A stretch of 64,000 bases of DNA, taken from the IMG/VR virus record IMGVR_UViG_3300044568_004391, positions 87,985-151,984 of that record, one strand, 5' to 3'. Every line of letters begins with the position of its first letter. Position 1 is the first letter of the stretch. The translations under genes and the position numbers were made by a program. Below are positions 50,219-58,907 of the stretch, piece by piece. This stretch comes from a virus. Below the pieces are notes generated by a model. The model had not been told where the DNA came from, made no database searches, and saw only the letters and a list, made by a program, of their open reading frames with translations.

Positions 50219-51291
50219 AAAAAAATATTCTGACGGAGGTAAGTAGAATCAAAGAATTGATGCCGTCTAATTTGATAATGGAACAAGCCTTTTATGGCAA
50301 GATATTAAAAGGAATGAATGTTTTGGTGGGTAATATTGATAATTTAGTTGCTCAATTCGGTGATGATGTTAGAAGACCTCTCGAAGAATTGGTGGCCTTG
50401 ACTGACGACACTGCTAAACTTTCGAAATTAGAAGACATAGCAACAAAACATCCAGAATTAGCTAAAGAACTAAGAACAAAAATTTTTTCTCGTTTAACAC
50501 TCCCGACTCAGACAGCAGTAAAAGACATTGTTGACCACATTAATGGGTATTCAAAATCTGATGTATTGTTAAGGTTGGACCAAGGTTTGGATGCATATTT
50601 CCAAAATGCAACTAAATCGGAAAAAGATTTGATCGAAAGATTAGTACGAGACTTAGATGACGATATAGACGATGCGATTGATGTTGCTAGAGGAGGTACA
50701 AGAGGAGGTGCTCCACCGGTAAGTAATACGGGATGGTGGAATAGATTTTTAGGGAATTTCAAACCAAGTAATATACAAGATAAAGTAAGAAGACAAATAC
50801 CTCTTTACGCAAACAAAACGGATGATGAAATTCTTAGAGAAATTAAAAGGTATGAAAATGGACTAATGAAAAATGCAAAAACTGTTGAGCAACTTGATGA
50901 AGTTTTTAGAGCGAAAGGCCTAGGTGTTTGGTGGCGAAAACAAACTTTTTGGACTAAATTAAGTTTTTTAATAGGTGTCCCTGTCTTTGGACCGGCGTTC
51001 ATACAACTTCTTGTTGGTTTGGGTGTTCTATATGTCAATAATTATGCAGGATTGTGGGATTTACCTATTTATAGATTTGTTACAACAGGAGGAGGACTTT
51101 TTATGGGACTTGAAGAGGCTAAAAATGCGGCACCTGAAGAAATCCAAAAATCAATTTATGAAAATAAAGAAAACGGTGAAATCTTCATTTATGTCAGTGA
51201 CACTGAAAAATACCCTGTTGTTTATGACTTTCCCACAAACAAATGGTGTTACGTTGCCGATGGACAAAGATATTTATTATCTGAATATTAA
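50215..51291 (+). CDS. E-leader helical protein with a TM segment
   Basis: MKKNILTEVSRIKELM; LSFLIGVPVFGPAFIQLLVGLGVLYV. Confidence 0.75.
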   Translation: MKKNILTEVSRIKELMPSNLIMEQAFYGKILKGMNVLVGNIDNLVAQFGDDVRRPLEELVALTDDTAKLSKLEDIATKHPELAKELRTKIFSRLTLPTQTAVKDIVDHINGYSKSDVLLRLDQGLDAYFQNATKSEKDLIERLVRDLDDDIDDAIDVARGGTRGGAPPVSNTGWWNRFLGNFKPSNIQDKVRRQIPLYANKTDDEILREIKRYENGLMKNAKTVEQLDEVFRAKGLGVWWRKQTFWTKLSFLIGVPVFGPAFIQLLVGLGVLYVNNYAGLWDLPIYRFVTTGGGLFMGLEEAKNAAPEEIQKSIYENKENGEIFIYVSDTEKYPVVYDFPTNKWCYVADGQRYLLSEY

Positions 51292-51309
51292 TCAAAAATC
51301 ATAAAAAAA

Positions 51310-52482
51310 ATGAATTATATTAGTGAACAAACTAAAATACCAGCAAGGAGACCCAAAAAGACGAATCCACAACCTGTAGAAAAAGGAAAGAGGTCGGATG
51401 ATTCTTCAGTTTTAGGTTCTGAGGATGGTAAAAAAGGGTCAAGTTCTAAATCATCTGAAAAATATCCAGAAAGTGATTTTCATTTGGGTAAATTAGATCC
51501 AAACAAACCAAGTGACGTTGAAGTGATGGATAAGCTAAAAAGTAACTGGGGTGTGTCACCTGATAAATTTGTGAAAAAACTTACAGATCAGAAAGTTACA
51601 AATTGTGATGAAAATAAAGAAACATACGTCGATGTTAATTTTTATGCAACAAACAAATCAAAAGTATTTTTGGGATCATATAAATATAATCCTGAAAAAC
51701 CAGGATGTCAAAATACTCTCGCATTGGTAAAAGATGTTAAAGGTGGTAGAGAAGATTCATCGGATTCTTTATTTACACTGACACAACTTCAAGGGATGGA
51801 TAAAGATGATATGATTTCGATGATAAACCGAGTGGTAATGATTAATGAAAATTTAAAGTCAATGAACGGTAAAGTAATGAAAAACATTCTAAAAGAAGAA
51901 TTCCAAAAAAGAGAAAATGATAAGAATATCATTTCCAAAAGATTCAACATTCTTTCAGAATCCAAAAAGACTTGGACAGCATCAAGTCTAATATCCGAAG
52001 TTAATTATTTGAAAAAACAGAATTATAGTTCCGTTCTTATCAAAGAAGGATTGGTAGAACTGATGAAATCTTTATATGATGATGATCCGACTTTCATACC
52101 AAAAATCAAAGATTCTTACAAAGGATGGTTAATGAAGAAGTTACCAAATGAAAGTGAACTCTTTAAGAAGAGTTTGGAAACAAGTATTGAAGATTTGGAG
52201 AATGATTCTGTACCGGCTCTATTTACGGATTGTAATAAAGTTGTTGAGATGATGTATGAAGCCATGGTCAAAGGAATGGTAGATGAAAAATTTGATGTCG
52301 TTGGTGTTCCAAAAGATATTGAAGATCTATTAAGATCTGAAATAATTGACAACATAAAAAAGGATGAATTCAAATCAAAGGTCAAACAACAGTTGACAAA
52401 TAAGATTTGTCCTCAATATGGTGATTTGTTAAAGAACACACAGAAGACATTTGACGATATCAAAAACAAGTTGGTATCTTAA
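51310..52482 (+). CDS. hypothetical protein with a cluster of [IL]-x-E sites
   Basis: ISE, INE, LKE, LSE, ISE, IKE. Confidence 0.75.
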   Translation: MNYISEQTKIPARRPKKTNPQPVEKGKRSDDSSVLGSEDGKKGSSSKSSEKYPESDFHLGKLDPNKPSDVEVMDKLKSNWGVSPDKFVKKLTDQKVTNCDENKETYVDVNFYATNKSKVFLGSYKYNPEKPGCQNTLALVKDVKGGREDSSDSLFTLTQLQGMDKDDMISMINRVVMINENLKSMNGKVMKNILKEEFQKRENDKNIISKRFNILSESKKTWTASSLISEVNYLKKQNYSSVLIKEGLVELMKSLYDDDPTFIPKIKDSYKGWLMKKLPNESELFKKSLETSIEDLENDSVPALFTDCNKVVEMMYEAMVKGMVDEKFDVVGVPKDIEDLLRSEIIDNIKKDEFKSKVKQQLTNKICPQYGDLLKNTQKTFDDIKNKLVS

Positions 52483-52620
52483 TCGTGTTGTGAGATTAAC
52501 CACCTCACATCATAAACCAATCAATAAAAAGGAGATAAAATACCTTGGTTTAGAAGGAGTCAGAGATGACTCCTTTTTTAATCTTCATACTCTCCGTTCC
52601 ACATATTCGTTTTCTTTTTG

Positions 52621-52695
52621 TACCGGTGATAGGACTCGAACCTACAATTATCATACACCTAAAATATGTGCGTATACCTATTCCGCCACACCGGT
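52621..52695 (-). tRNA. tRNA-Leu(UAG) with a short variable region
   Basis: Loop TTTAGGT; Leu-type D arm; A73; 75 nt. Confidence 0.7.
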
Positions 52696-52701
52696 ATTAA
52701 G

Positions 52702-52784
52702 AGCCAGTAGAGGGATTCGAACCCCCGAGTCTTTTCAGATCCTGAGTACAAATCAGGTGCAATCGACCACTATGCGACACTGGC
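52702..52784 (-). tRNA. tRNA with UGU (Thr) anticodon and a long variable arm
   Basis: CCTGA-TTTGTAC-TCAGG; 14-nt variable region ATCTGAAAAGACTC. Confidence 0.75.
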
Positions 52785-52790
52785 TTTTTT

Positions 52791-52924
52791 TGGAGGTTCG
52801 TCTCCTCCTATAATAACTCTCATCAGGTTCCTCGTCAGGTCTGATGTTGGTTCTACGATGACCGCTTACTTTCGTTCACAACATCAACAGATGCCTTACT
52901 GGATTTCGGTGATGGTCATCAACC
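52791..52924 (-). ncRNA. candidate pseudoknotted ncRNA upstream of the tRNA pair
   Basis: Crossing helices GATGACC/GGTCATC and TGATGTTG/CAACATCA; higher GC than the flanks. Confidence 0.45.
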
Positions 52925-52956
52925 AATCGATTTATTTCCTCATTCAAAGAACATCA

Positions 52957-52988
52957 CAAAGATATATCATATTTTTCAATTTTCCAAA
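52957..52988 (-). promoter_or_regulatory. Bacteroidota promoter (TTTG-N20-TATCTTTG) followed by boxA-like GTTCTTTGA
   Basis: Read directly on the minus strand. Confidence 0.75.
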
Positions 52989-52996
52989 TTTTGAGA

Positions 52997-53383
52997 TCAA
53001 ATTTTTATCTCAAATCTATCTCTCATCTTTTCCACAACATCATCAGGTGGATTGTGAACCGAACTATTTCCGTGTCTATTTTCAACGATCACACTGAATA
53101 CCTTATATCCGTACTTTTCTGCCAATTCATAGTATACATTCATTTCCCACTCTGTAGAGAAGGTGTTTGAAACCACAATCTTAGGTTCAGCCCACTTCAT
53201 CATGTCTTCACATGTATCTTGACACCATTTGTGAGCATAGATCAGTTTTGATGAGTCAAAATTATACTCACCATTGATAGTGAAATACATATCCGCTTCG
53301 ATGTGTTTAGATGTTAAAAAAGGTGCAAGGGTACTTTTACCAGCACCGGGTACACCCCTTACTAAAAATAAAACTCTATCCAT
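52997..53383 (-). CDS. P-loop polynucleotide-kinase-like protein (AAA_33/N4BP2-like)
   Basis: RGVPGAGKST, EADMYF, AH.WCQ, VSNT. Confidence 0.85.
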   Translation of the reverse strand: MDRVLFLVRGVPGAGKSTLAPFLTSKHIEADMYFTINGEYNFDSSKLIYAHKWCQDTCEDMMKWAEPKIVVSNTFSTEWEMNVYYELAEKYGYKVFSVIVENRHGNSSVHNPPDDVVEKMRDRFEIKI

Positions 53384-53403
53384 ACTATAAAATGATATTT
53401 ATT

Positions 53404-54171
53404 CTATAAACCGTAACGACCTTTTGTTCCGTTATAAATCGCCGAAATCATAGCAGCTCGGTCGGTATTAGCAGTAGTTCTCCAGAGAAAAGCTTCGGGA
53501 ATTCTTCCTAACCACCAATCTTGTACCCCTGCGGTTCCGGATCCATTCGTGGCTCCAATAACATACCTTTCAAGTGCAACGTTAATGACTGGTTGACTTG
53601 TAATAGTCGTAGCAGAAACTCCATTTTTATATAGTGTGACAGTATTTGTGTTCATGTTGTGATCAAAACATAAAAAATTCCAAGTATCAGGATTTATTGA
53701 TGTATTAAAAGTGGTTTGAGTTGATGCGTTATTCATATATGCCATTATACCATAGACACCACCAGCGGATCTATTAACTGTAAATTGTATGCTATCTAGT
53801 GAAGAATCTTCTATCCCAAAAATTACTCTCTTGACTGTTGTTGCCGTTGTATTATACCAAACCCAAGCACCCCAAACCCAATATGTGTAAGTGGAGCTGT
53901 AAGTATAATTTGTATTACTATAATAAGCATCACTTGAACCATCAAGATTGAAATATTTCGCATAACCTGCTTGTTGAAATGGAGGATCTCCCTGAACTGT
54001 CCATGTTCCACCACCAGGACCTAAAGATGTAACTGAAGTTCCGGTTCCCACATACGACGCAGTACTTGTTAAGTCAATTCTCCATTCCATATCACTATTG
54101 TAAGTGCTCCAATCATAAGGAGTAAATGCCCCTTTTAATTTTGGTATAACAGAAAAAATAGAACTTGGCAT
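53404..54171 (-). CDS. LamG/concanavalin-like tail-associated protein
   Basis: Thr/Ser-rich; W.....D...LYKNG...IGA....G.I. Confidence 0.7.
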   Translation of the reverse strand: MPSSIFSVIPKLKGAFTPYDWSTYNSDMEWRIDLTSTASYVGTGTSVTSLGPGGGTWTVQGDPPFQQAGYAKYFNLDGSSDAYYSNTNYTYSSTYTYWVWGAWVWYNTTATTVKRVIFGIEDSSLDSIQFTVNRSAGGVYGIMAYMNNASTQTTFNTSINPDTWNFLCFDHNMNTNTVTLYKNGVSATTITSQPVINVALERYVIGATNGSGTAGVQDWWLGRIPEAFLWRTTANTDRAAMISAIYNGTKGRYGL

Positions 54172-54173
54172 AT

Positions 54174-54680
54174 TTAATTATATTGATTTGCTAATCTAAA
54201 TATTTCATCGATACCTGACTGATCGACACCCAACAATTGTGCAAAATTGACAATCAACGGGTTATTTTTTTCTATGAGAACAGCATATTCCCAAGTTATT
54301 AGAATTCTTTTTCTTTCGTCCAAGTCAGGTACTTGACTAATCATGTTTGTAATCGTATCAGGGTCAATTCCGTAGTCTAACAACCCTAACCTAAATTGTC
54401 TAGGTGTACAATCATTATATTTTGGTTTTCTATCCTCTATTTCTTGAGGTGTTAGATCTCTGACTGAATGTGTTACGAAGAATTTTTTTTGATTCAAGTC
54501 CAATAGTTCAGTTGTTTCTATTGTTTGTAAATTGTGATCAAATATCGGAGTATTGTCTTCACAATACTCAATTTCGACAATATTATCAGGTAACCAACCT
54601 GGTAAACCGTCAACCATGTACCTACCTTCTCGAATGTCACCTATTTGTCCGGTATCTAAAAAATAAAAAAATGTTCTCAT
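54174..54680 (-). CDS. tail-fibre assembly-like protein
   Basis: TPRQFRL.L, WEYA, ID.IF..A. Confidence 0.6.
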   Translation of the reverse strand: MRTFFYFLDTGQIGDIREGRYMVDGLPGWLPDNIVEIEYCEDNTPIFDHNLQTIETTELLDLNQKKFFVTHSVRDLTPQEIEDRKPKYNDCTPRQFRLGLLDYGIDPDTITNMISQVPDLDERKRILITWEYAVLIEKNNPLIVNFAQLLGVDQSGIDEIFRLANQYN

Positions 54681-55567
54681 GTTGTTAAATCTCCGAATAT
54701 TGTCCAAACATTTTGACTGACTCTTTTTAAACCAATAACTGAATATTGAGTTCTGGTTTGAGCACTCAAAGAACTATAATTTAATGTTACACCTGAACCT
54801 CCACTAAGTGTTACCTTACCAGCTCCCGCTTGTTCAATAATAATTTCGGTGTCATTGGCCCAAGTGACTGAAGATTGAGGTGGTATTGACGCGGTTATTG
54901 CACTAGCATTATTCATCCTAAGATAATCACTTGCATCTGCCGTTCCCAAAGTCACAGAAGTTGCAGTGTAACTGACCACAGGAAACGCGTTAATCCCTGA
55001 AGAACCTGATGTTCCTGAAGAACCTGATGTTCCTGAAGAACCTGAATTACCTGTTCGACTAAAGTCTATAGCTAAAGCGGCATTATTAGAAGGTAAAGTT
55101 CCACTTATATAAGACACAGGAATTTTATAATATCCACTAGCAACTGTAACAGTACTCGTAACTTGAAATTGATTTACTACTGTTCCAGTGTCTCGACTAT
55201 ATAGAGTTACAACACCTCTAGTTGCTGTAGTTGTACTGTCATCCCATGTATTGAACCACGCAGTCTGAGTATTACCTAACTGGTCTACGTTATCAATATA
55301 CAAGAATGTAACAGAAGCAATTGTTGCGTTATTGTAAGACACAAGACCATTACCTGGATCTGTATCGGTTGTGGTTGTGGTGAAATTATATCTAACACCA
55401 CCTGCAACTCCTGATGTTCCGCTCGAACCTGATGTTCCGCTCGAACCTGATGTTCCGCTCGAACCTGATGTTCCGCTCGAACCTGATGTTCCGATCGAAC
55501 CTGATGTTCCGCTCGAACCTGATGTTCCTGAAGATCCACCTGTAAGTGTTACACCATTAATTTTCAT
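54677..55567 (-). CDS. tail-fibre-like protein with GSSGTS repeats
   Basis: Gly-X-Y Ser/Thr repeats; C-terminal Q.GAG.VT...W...GDL. Confidence 0.7.
   Translation of the reverse strand: MKINGVTLTGGSSGTSGSSGTSGSIGTSGSSGTSGSSGTSGSSGTSGSSGTSGVAGGVRYNFTTTTTDTDPGNGLVSYNNATIASVTFLYIDNVDQLGNTQTAWFNTWDDSTTTATRGVVTLYSRDTGTVVNQFQVTSTVTVASGYYKIPVSYISGTLPSNNAALAIDFSRTGNSGSSGTSGSSGTSGSSGINAFPVVSYTATSVTLGTADASDYLRMNNASAITASIPPQSSVTWANDTEIIIEQAGAGKVTLSGGSGVTLNYSSLSAQTRTQYSVIGLKRVSQNVWTIFGDLTT
55410..55537 (-). repeat. 18-bp tandem repeat (GAACCTGATGTTCCGCTC on +) encoding GSSGTS; second block about 54996-55050
   Basis: About 7 units read directly. Confidence 0.9.
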
Positions 55568-55610
55568 TAATAAAATTCTATTTTTATATAAATATAATGT
55601 ATTATTGTAA

Positions 55611-56003
55611 TTAAAGAATATTTACGTGAGTCCTTCCATCACCCCAATAACTATCATCACCATAATATACAAAAATTTCTTCGTATTTAAATATTTTCCT
55701 ATTTGAGATAAATTGAAAGGCTTTGAGAGTCGGATGATCCCTCCAATAAGCATTTGCGTTATTTGAATGATTATAGTAGGATGCGTATCCCATCGCTAAT
55801 ACTTGTTCCGTCCATTCACCTTGTTGTGGATAGTTGAACCTGTAGTCCAAAAACAAAGAACTGACCTCACCCTTTTGAATTGGTAAGGTCAGGACTAAAC
55901 ATTCTTCAATTATTTCACCCTCTTCGATGTCTTCAGTTGCGAAGACACCCCACCCTTTACCGGGTGATTCTTTAATCTCGATCTTGGTTGGTGGTTTAAT
56001 CAT
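55611..56003 (-). CDS. SET-domain protein lysine methyltransferase
   Basis: SPGKGWGVFA, YNHS, EEIFVYYG. Confidence 0.88.
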   Translation of the reverse strand: MIKPPTKIEIKESPGKGWGVFATEDIEEGEIIEECLVLTLPIQKGEVSSLFLDYRFNYPQQGEWTEQVLAMGYASYYNHSNNANAYWRDHPTLKAFQFISNRKIFKYEEIFVYYGDDSYWGDGRTHVNIL

Positions 56004-56085
56004 CTCCAATTTTTGTTGACTTTATTCCAATAAGTTTCTCTTTGACATTTCCACCAAAGAATTCTTATTTTTCTGATAAAATTTT

Positions 56086-56340
56086 TTATATCCATTCTTT
56101 TACATCATAAGCATTATAATCATAAAGCTTTGGTGAAAATTGTGGATACTGTTCGCTAACAAAAAAATGAATTAATTTACCTGATTTTAAATTTTTACTT
56201 ACCCACGTCCAATTTCCGTTTTGATCTTGCGTTGGAATTTCGATTACTTGACATTTGATACCAATTGGGCCATCATATTCATAATGAATGTCACCAATTC
56301 TGATTTCCTCCACTATAATATTTCCGGCAGTCTTGGTCAT
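56086..56340 (-). CDS. hypothetical protein
   Basis: ORF overlapping the upstream gene by 4 nt. Confidence 0.65.
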   Translation of the reverse strand: MTKTAGNIIVEEIRIGDIHYEYDGPIGIKCQVIEIPTQDQNGNWTWVSKNLKSGKLIHFFVSEQYPQFSPKLYDYNAYDVKEWI

Positions 56341-57074
56341 GACGAAAGATAGGTGTACAGATTTATTGCAGATTGTTTTGCTTCAGACAATGTCTTGATC
56401 TTTTCTTTTCCTAACCTTGAGAACGGTATAAAATTTTTGATTCCCGCTTCTTCAATCTTTTTTCTTTCGTTGGAATCTTTTGCGTTTTTTATCGATTGAA
56501 TAAATTCGGAATTGTATTTATTCCATTCATGTTCATCATAATCTTGAATGTTTGGAATATAATCGGATTCGAAGTATCTATCACCGATTTTGAATAATGA
56601 TTCTCCTTTAGGAGTTGAAGTCACATATCCAACGATTTTTGGTGTTCCATATTTCAGAGAAGCATAATGAGTCGTTTTTTCAACATCATCGTATTTGATC
56701 GCAACACCTTTTGGGAAATCATCACAAACTTTTAAATTGTTTTGATAATACGACCAACCTGTCCTTAGATCTCCAATCAAAGTTCCATCTTTGGAAACAA
56801 ATGAATTTGGAATGTTAAAGGTTTCTCCCGAGTGAGACCAAGAATATTTTCTGATGTATCCTCCGGTAAATCTGTTAATCTTATAAATTTTGTTAATGTC
56901 CGGAATCCATCCATTTTTGTCTTTGTCGGGAAAAACCCTACTAACCAACTTAACAAATCCAAGATCCAAATGAACTTGGTTCAGGATACTTTTTCCGATA
57001 TAATTCGGAGATTTTTGAAACCTGAATTTTACCTTTCCAAGATATGGTGTTTGATTCTCAATCATGGTTTTCAT
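56337..57074 (-). CDS. hypothetical protein
   Basis: 245-aa ORF. Confidence 0.7.
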   Translation of the reverse strand: MKTMIENQTPYLGKVKFRFQKSPNYIGKSILNQVHLDLGFVKLVSRVFPDKDKNGWIPDINKIYKINRFTGGYIRKYSWSHSGETFNIPNSFVSKDGTLIGDLRTGWSYYQNNLKVCDDFPKGVAIKYDDVEKTTHYASLKYGTPKIVGYVTSTPKGESLFKIGDRYFESDYIPNIQDYDEHEWNKYNSEFIQSIKNAKDSNERKKIEEAGIKNFIPFSRLGKEKIKTLSEAKQSAINLYTYLSS

Positions 57075-57126
57075 TCATTTGGTTATTAAAATATAATTCG
57101 ATTTTGGAAAATGTCAAACTTGAATA

Positions 57127-57714
57127 TTATAGAATATCACCATTTATCATATAGACAGAGGATCCCTTATGATCATTATCCAATGTGTATTGAGGTGCAC
57201 AAATTTCCCCCTTAAAGAAGATTTTGGAGATAAAATCAATCTCGAAATTTGGTGCAACCACTGATCCGCTTACAAATGAAAAATCTGATGGAACCGGAAC
57301 TGTGTCGGATTCGATATTCAATTCAAAAAGACCTCCCTTGTATTCGTCAACAAACAACATAACATTTTCGAATTCTTCATCTATCATAATATCGAAAGTT
57401 TCTGACAAATCTTCTTCATCATAAAATTCCTCATGATTGTTGATTTCGGTTCCGATAAATTCACAAACCACATTATTATCGGAATCTTCAACTTTAAACC
57501 AAAGATTTTCAAGATTGAAATGTGGTCGTGAAATATCCATAAGTTCCATACCTGCAAGACTGAGCATGGTTTCAATTTCTTCATAAACGGACACAATATC
57601 ATTTGTGTCGTTTTTCATCAAAATATCTTTGATTGTTTCAATATCAGATTTATCTAACCCGAATGTACGAAAGTGGTTCTCCCAACCACTAACAAGAACT
57701 CTATAACTTTGCAT
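57127..57714 (-). CDS. acidic hypothetical protein
   Basis: 195-aa ORF. Confidence 0.7.
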   Translation of the reverse strand: MQSYRVLVSGWENHFRTFGLDKSDIETIKDILMKNDTNDIVSVYEEIETMLSLAGMELMDISRPHFNLENLWFKVEDSDNNVVCEFIGTEINNHEEFYDEEDLSETFDIMIDEEFENVMLFVDEYKGGLFELNIESDTVPVPSDFSFVSGSVVAPNFEIDFISKIFFKGEICAPQYTLDNDHKGSSVYMINGDIL

Positions 57715-57773
57715 TTTTTTTATAAAAATATATGTAAAAAAAATTCAATAGACAAATTATTTTGAAAAAAAAG

Positions 57774-57847
57774 TGACCCCTATGGGATTCGAACCCATGA
57801 CTCTCACATTAAAAGTGTGATACTCTAGCCAGCTGAGTTAAGAGGTC
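57774..57847 (-). tRNA. tRNA-Lys(UUU)
   Basis: TCACA-CTTTTAA-TGTGA. Confidence 0.92.
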
Positions 57848-57854
57848 ATTAATA

Positions 57855-58139
57855 TCAATCCCGACAATGATATTTGATCAATACTCGGACATCTTCCAAA
57901 TTCCGATATTTGTTTGCGATCTCATCTGCCTTAGCGGATGCTTCTTCAGGTGAAGAATTCATGATAGAAGAGAAACCTACATTATATGAATATTCATATT
58001 TCGGAAAAACAGAGTTACTTTGAACCTTACGACTTTTGAGACCATCGGAATAACTTACTTTCTTACCCAACGCATTGTAGATAGATCGTTTGCGAGGAGA
58101 ACAAATCTCAACAGAGTAGAAATCAAAAAGGTTTTCCAT
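57855..58139 (-). CDS. hypothetical protein
   Basis: Promoter TTTG-N20-TATATTTG at 58160-58191. Confidence 0.7.
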   Translation of the reverse strand: MENLFDFYSVEICSPRKRSIYNALGKKVSYSDGLKSRKVQSNSVFPKYEYSYNVGFSSIMNSSPEEASAKADEIANKYRNLEDVRVLIKYHCRD

Positions 58140-58229
58140 ATCGGTTTTCTTCAGTGAAACAAATATACAACCAATTCACCGAATTACCAAATATTTTAAA
58201 GAAAAGGAAGAGTTCTTTTGTTTATTTAT

Positions 58230-58595
58230 TTATTCACCCATTATGATTGACCCATAACGATTAGTCAATCGGTTTTCTAGTTTATCTAATCTACTGTCCA
58301 AATCACGATTAAAGTTCATCTCAACTTCATCGATTCGTCTGTGAAGGTGATCTTTTGATAAGTCAAGCTCACGAGACAAATCATCAACAACTTCTGAAAC
58401 ACGTCTATCCATCATTTCACGATCACGAGCATAGTTGGAATGATCGTATGACATTTGTTCTCTTATGTCATCTATTTCTTGTTGTTTTTCTTGCAACAAT
58501 TTGATTTTTTTGTTCACGGAAACTAAAAACACTATCAAACCAATAAAACCTGATAGTATCATACCCCCCACGAAATTTAATAATTCTATTGTCAT
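58230..58595 (-). CDS. membrane-anchored coiled-coil protein
   Basis: N-terminal TM plus heptads ending LDSRLDKLE. Confidence 0.7.
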   Translation of the reverse strand: MTIELLNFVGGMILSGFIGLIVFLVSVNKKIKLLQEKQQEIDDIREQMSYDHSNYARDREMMDRRVSEVVDDLSRELDLSKDHLHRRIDEVEMNFNRDLDSRLDKLENRLTNRYGSIIMGE

Positions 58596-58632
58596 TTTTT
58601 AAATTTTTTTAATGTCAAAGAACTCTTCCTTG

Positions 58633-58705
58633 TCGAGAAAGCGAGACTCGAACTCACAACTTCTGCGTCCCAAACGCAGCGCTCTACCAATTGAACTATT
58701 TCTCG
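58633..58705 (-). tRNA. tRNA-Pro(UGG)
   Basis: CTGCG-TTTGGGA-CGCAG. Confidence 0.92.
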
Positions 58706-58715
58706 ATATAACTTG

Positions 58716-58795
58716 TGGGGGTAGATGGACTCGAACCACCGAACCGTTAGGAGCTGATTTACAGTCAGCCGCAATTGCCACTATGCGATACCCCC
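58716..58795 (-). tRNA. tRNA-Tyr(GUA)
   Basis: GCTGA-CTGTAAA-TCAGC. Confidence 0.92.
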
Positions 58796-58907
58796 AAAAT
58801 GACCGTTTTTTCCCCCATTAGCCCACCCAAGAGAGGGACCTTGTGATGGATTTTAGTTCAGGAAGTCTGACAGGGTTTCCCCCATCAGACCGTTACCACG
58901 GACAAAC

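Noticed and set aside
52791-52924. Hammerhead ribozyme (CTGANGA and GAAA each occur twice)
   Set aside because: Stems II and III could not be built around the core by hand; kept only as an unknown structured RNA
52451-53097. Plus-strand ORFs 52451-52813 and 52858-53097
   Set aside because: Antisense to tRNAs, the candidate ncRNA and the kinase gene
55285-55610. Repeat ORFs (EHQVRA)n and (PDVPLE)n, and a CRISPR interpretation of the 18-bp repeat
   Set aside because: Alternate frames of the GSSGTS coding repeat; no spacers and no cas genes
58592-58821. Three short ORFs; also 60113-60325
   Set aside because: They overlap well-formed tRNA genes
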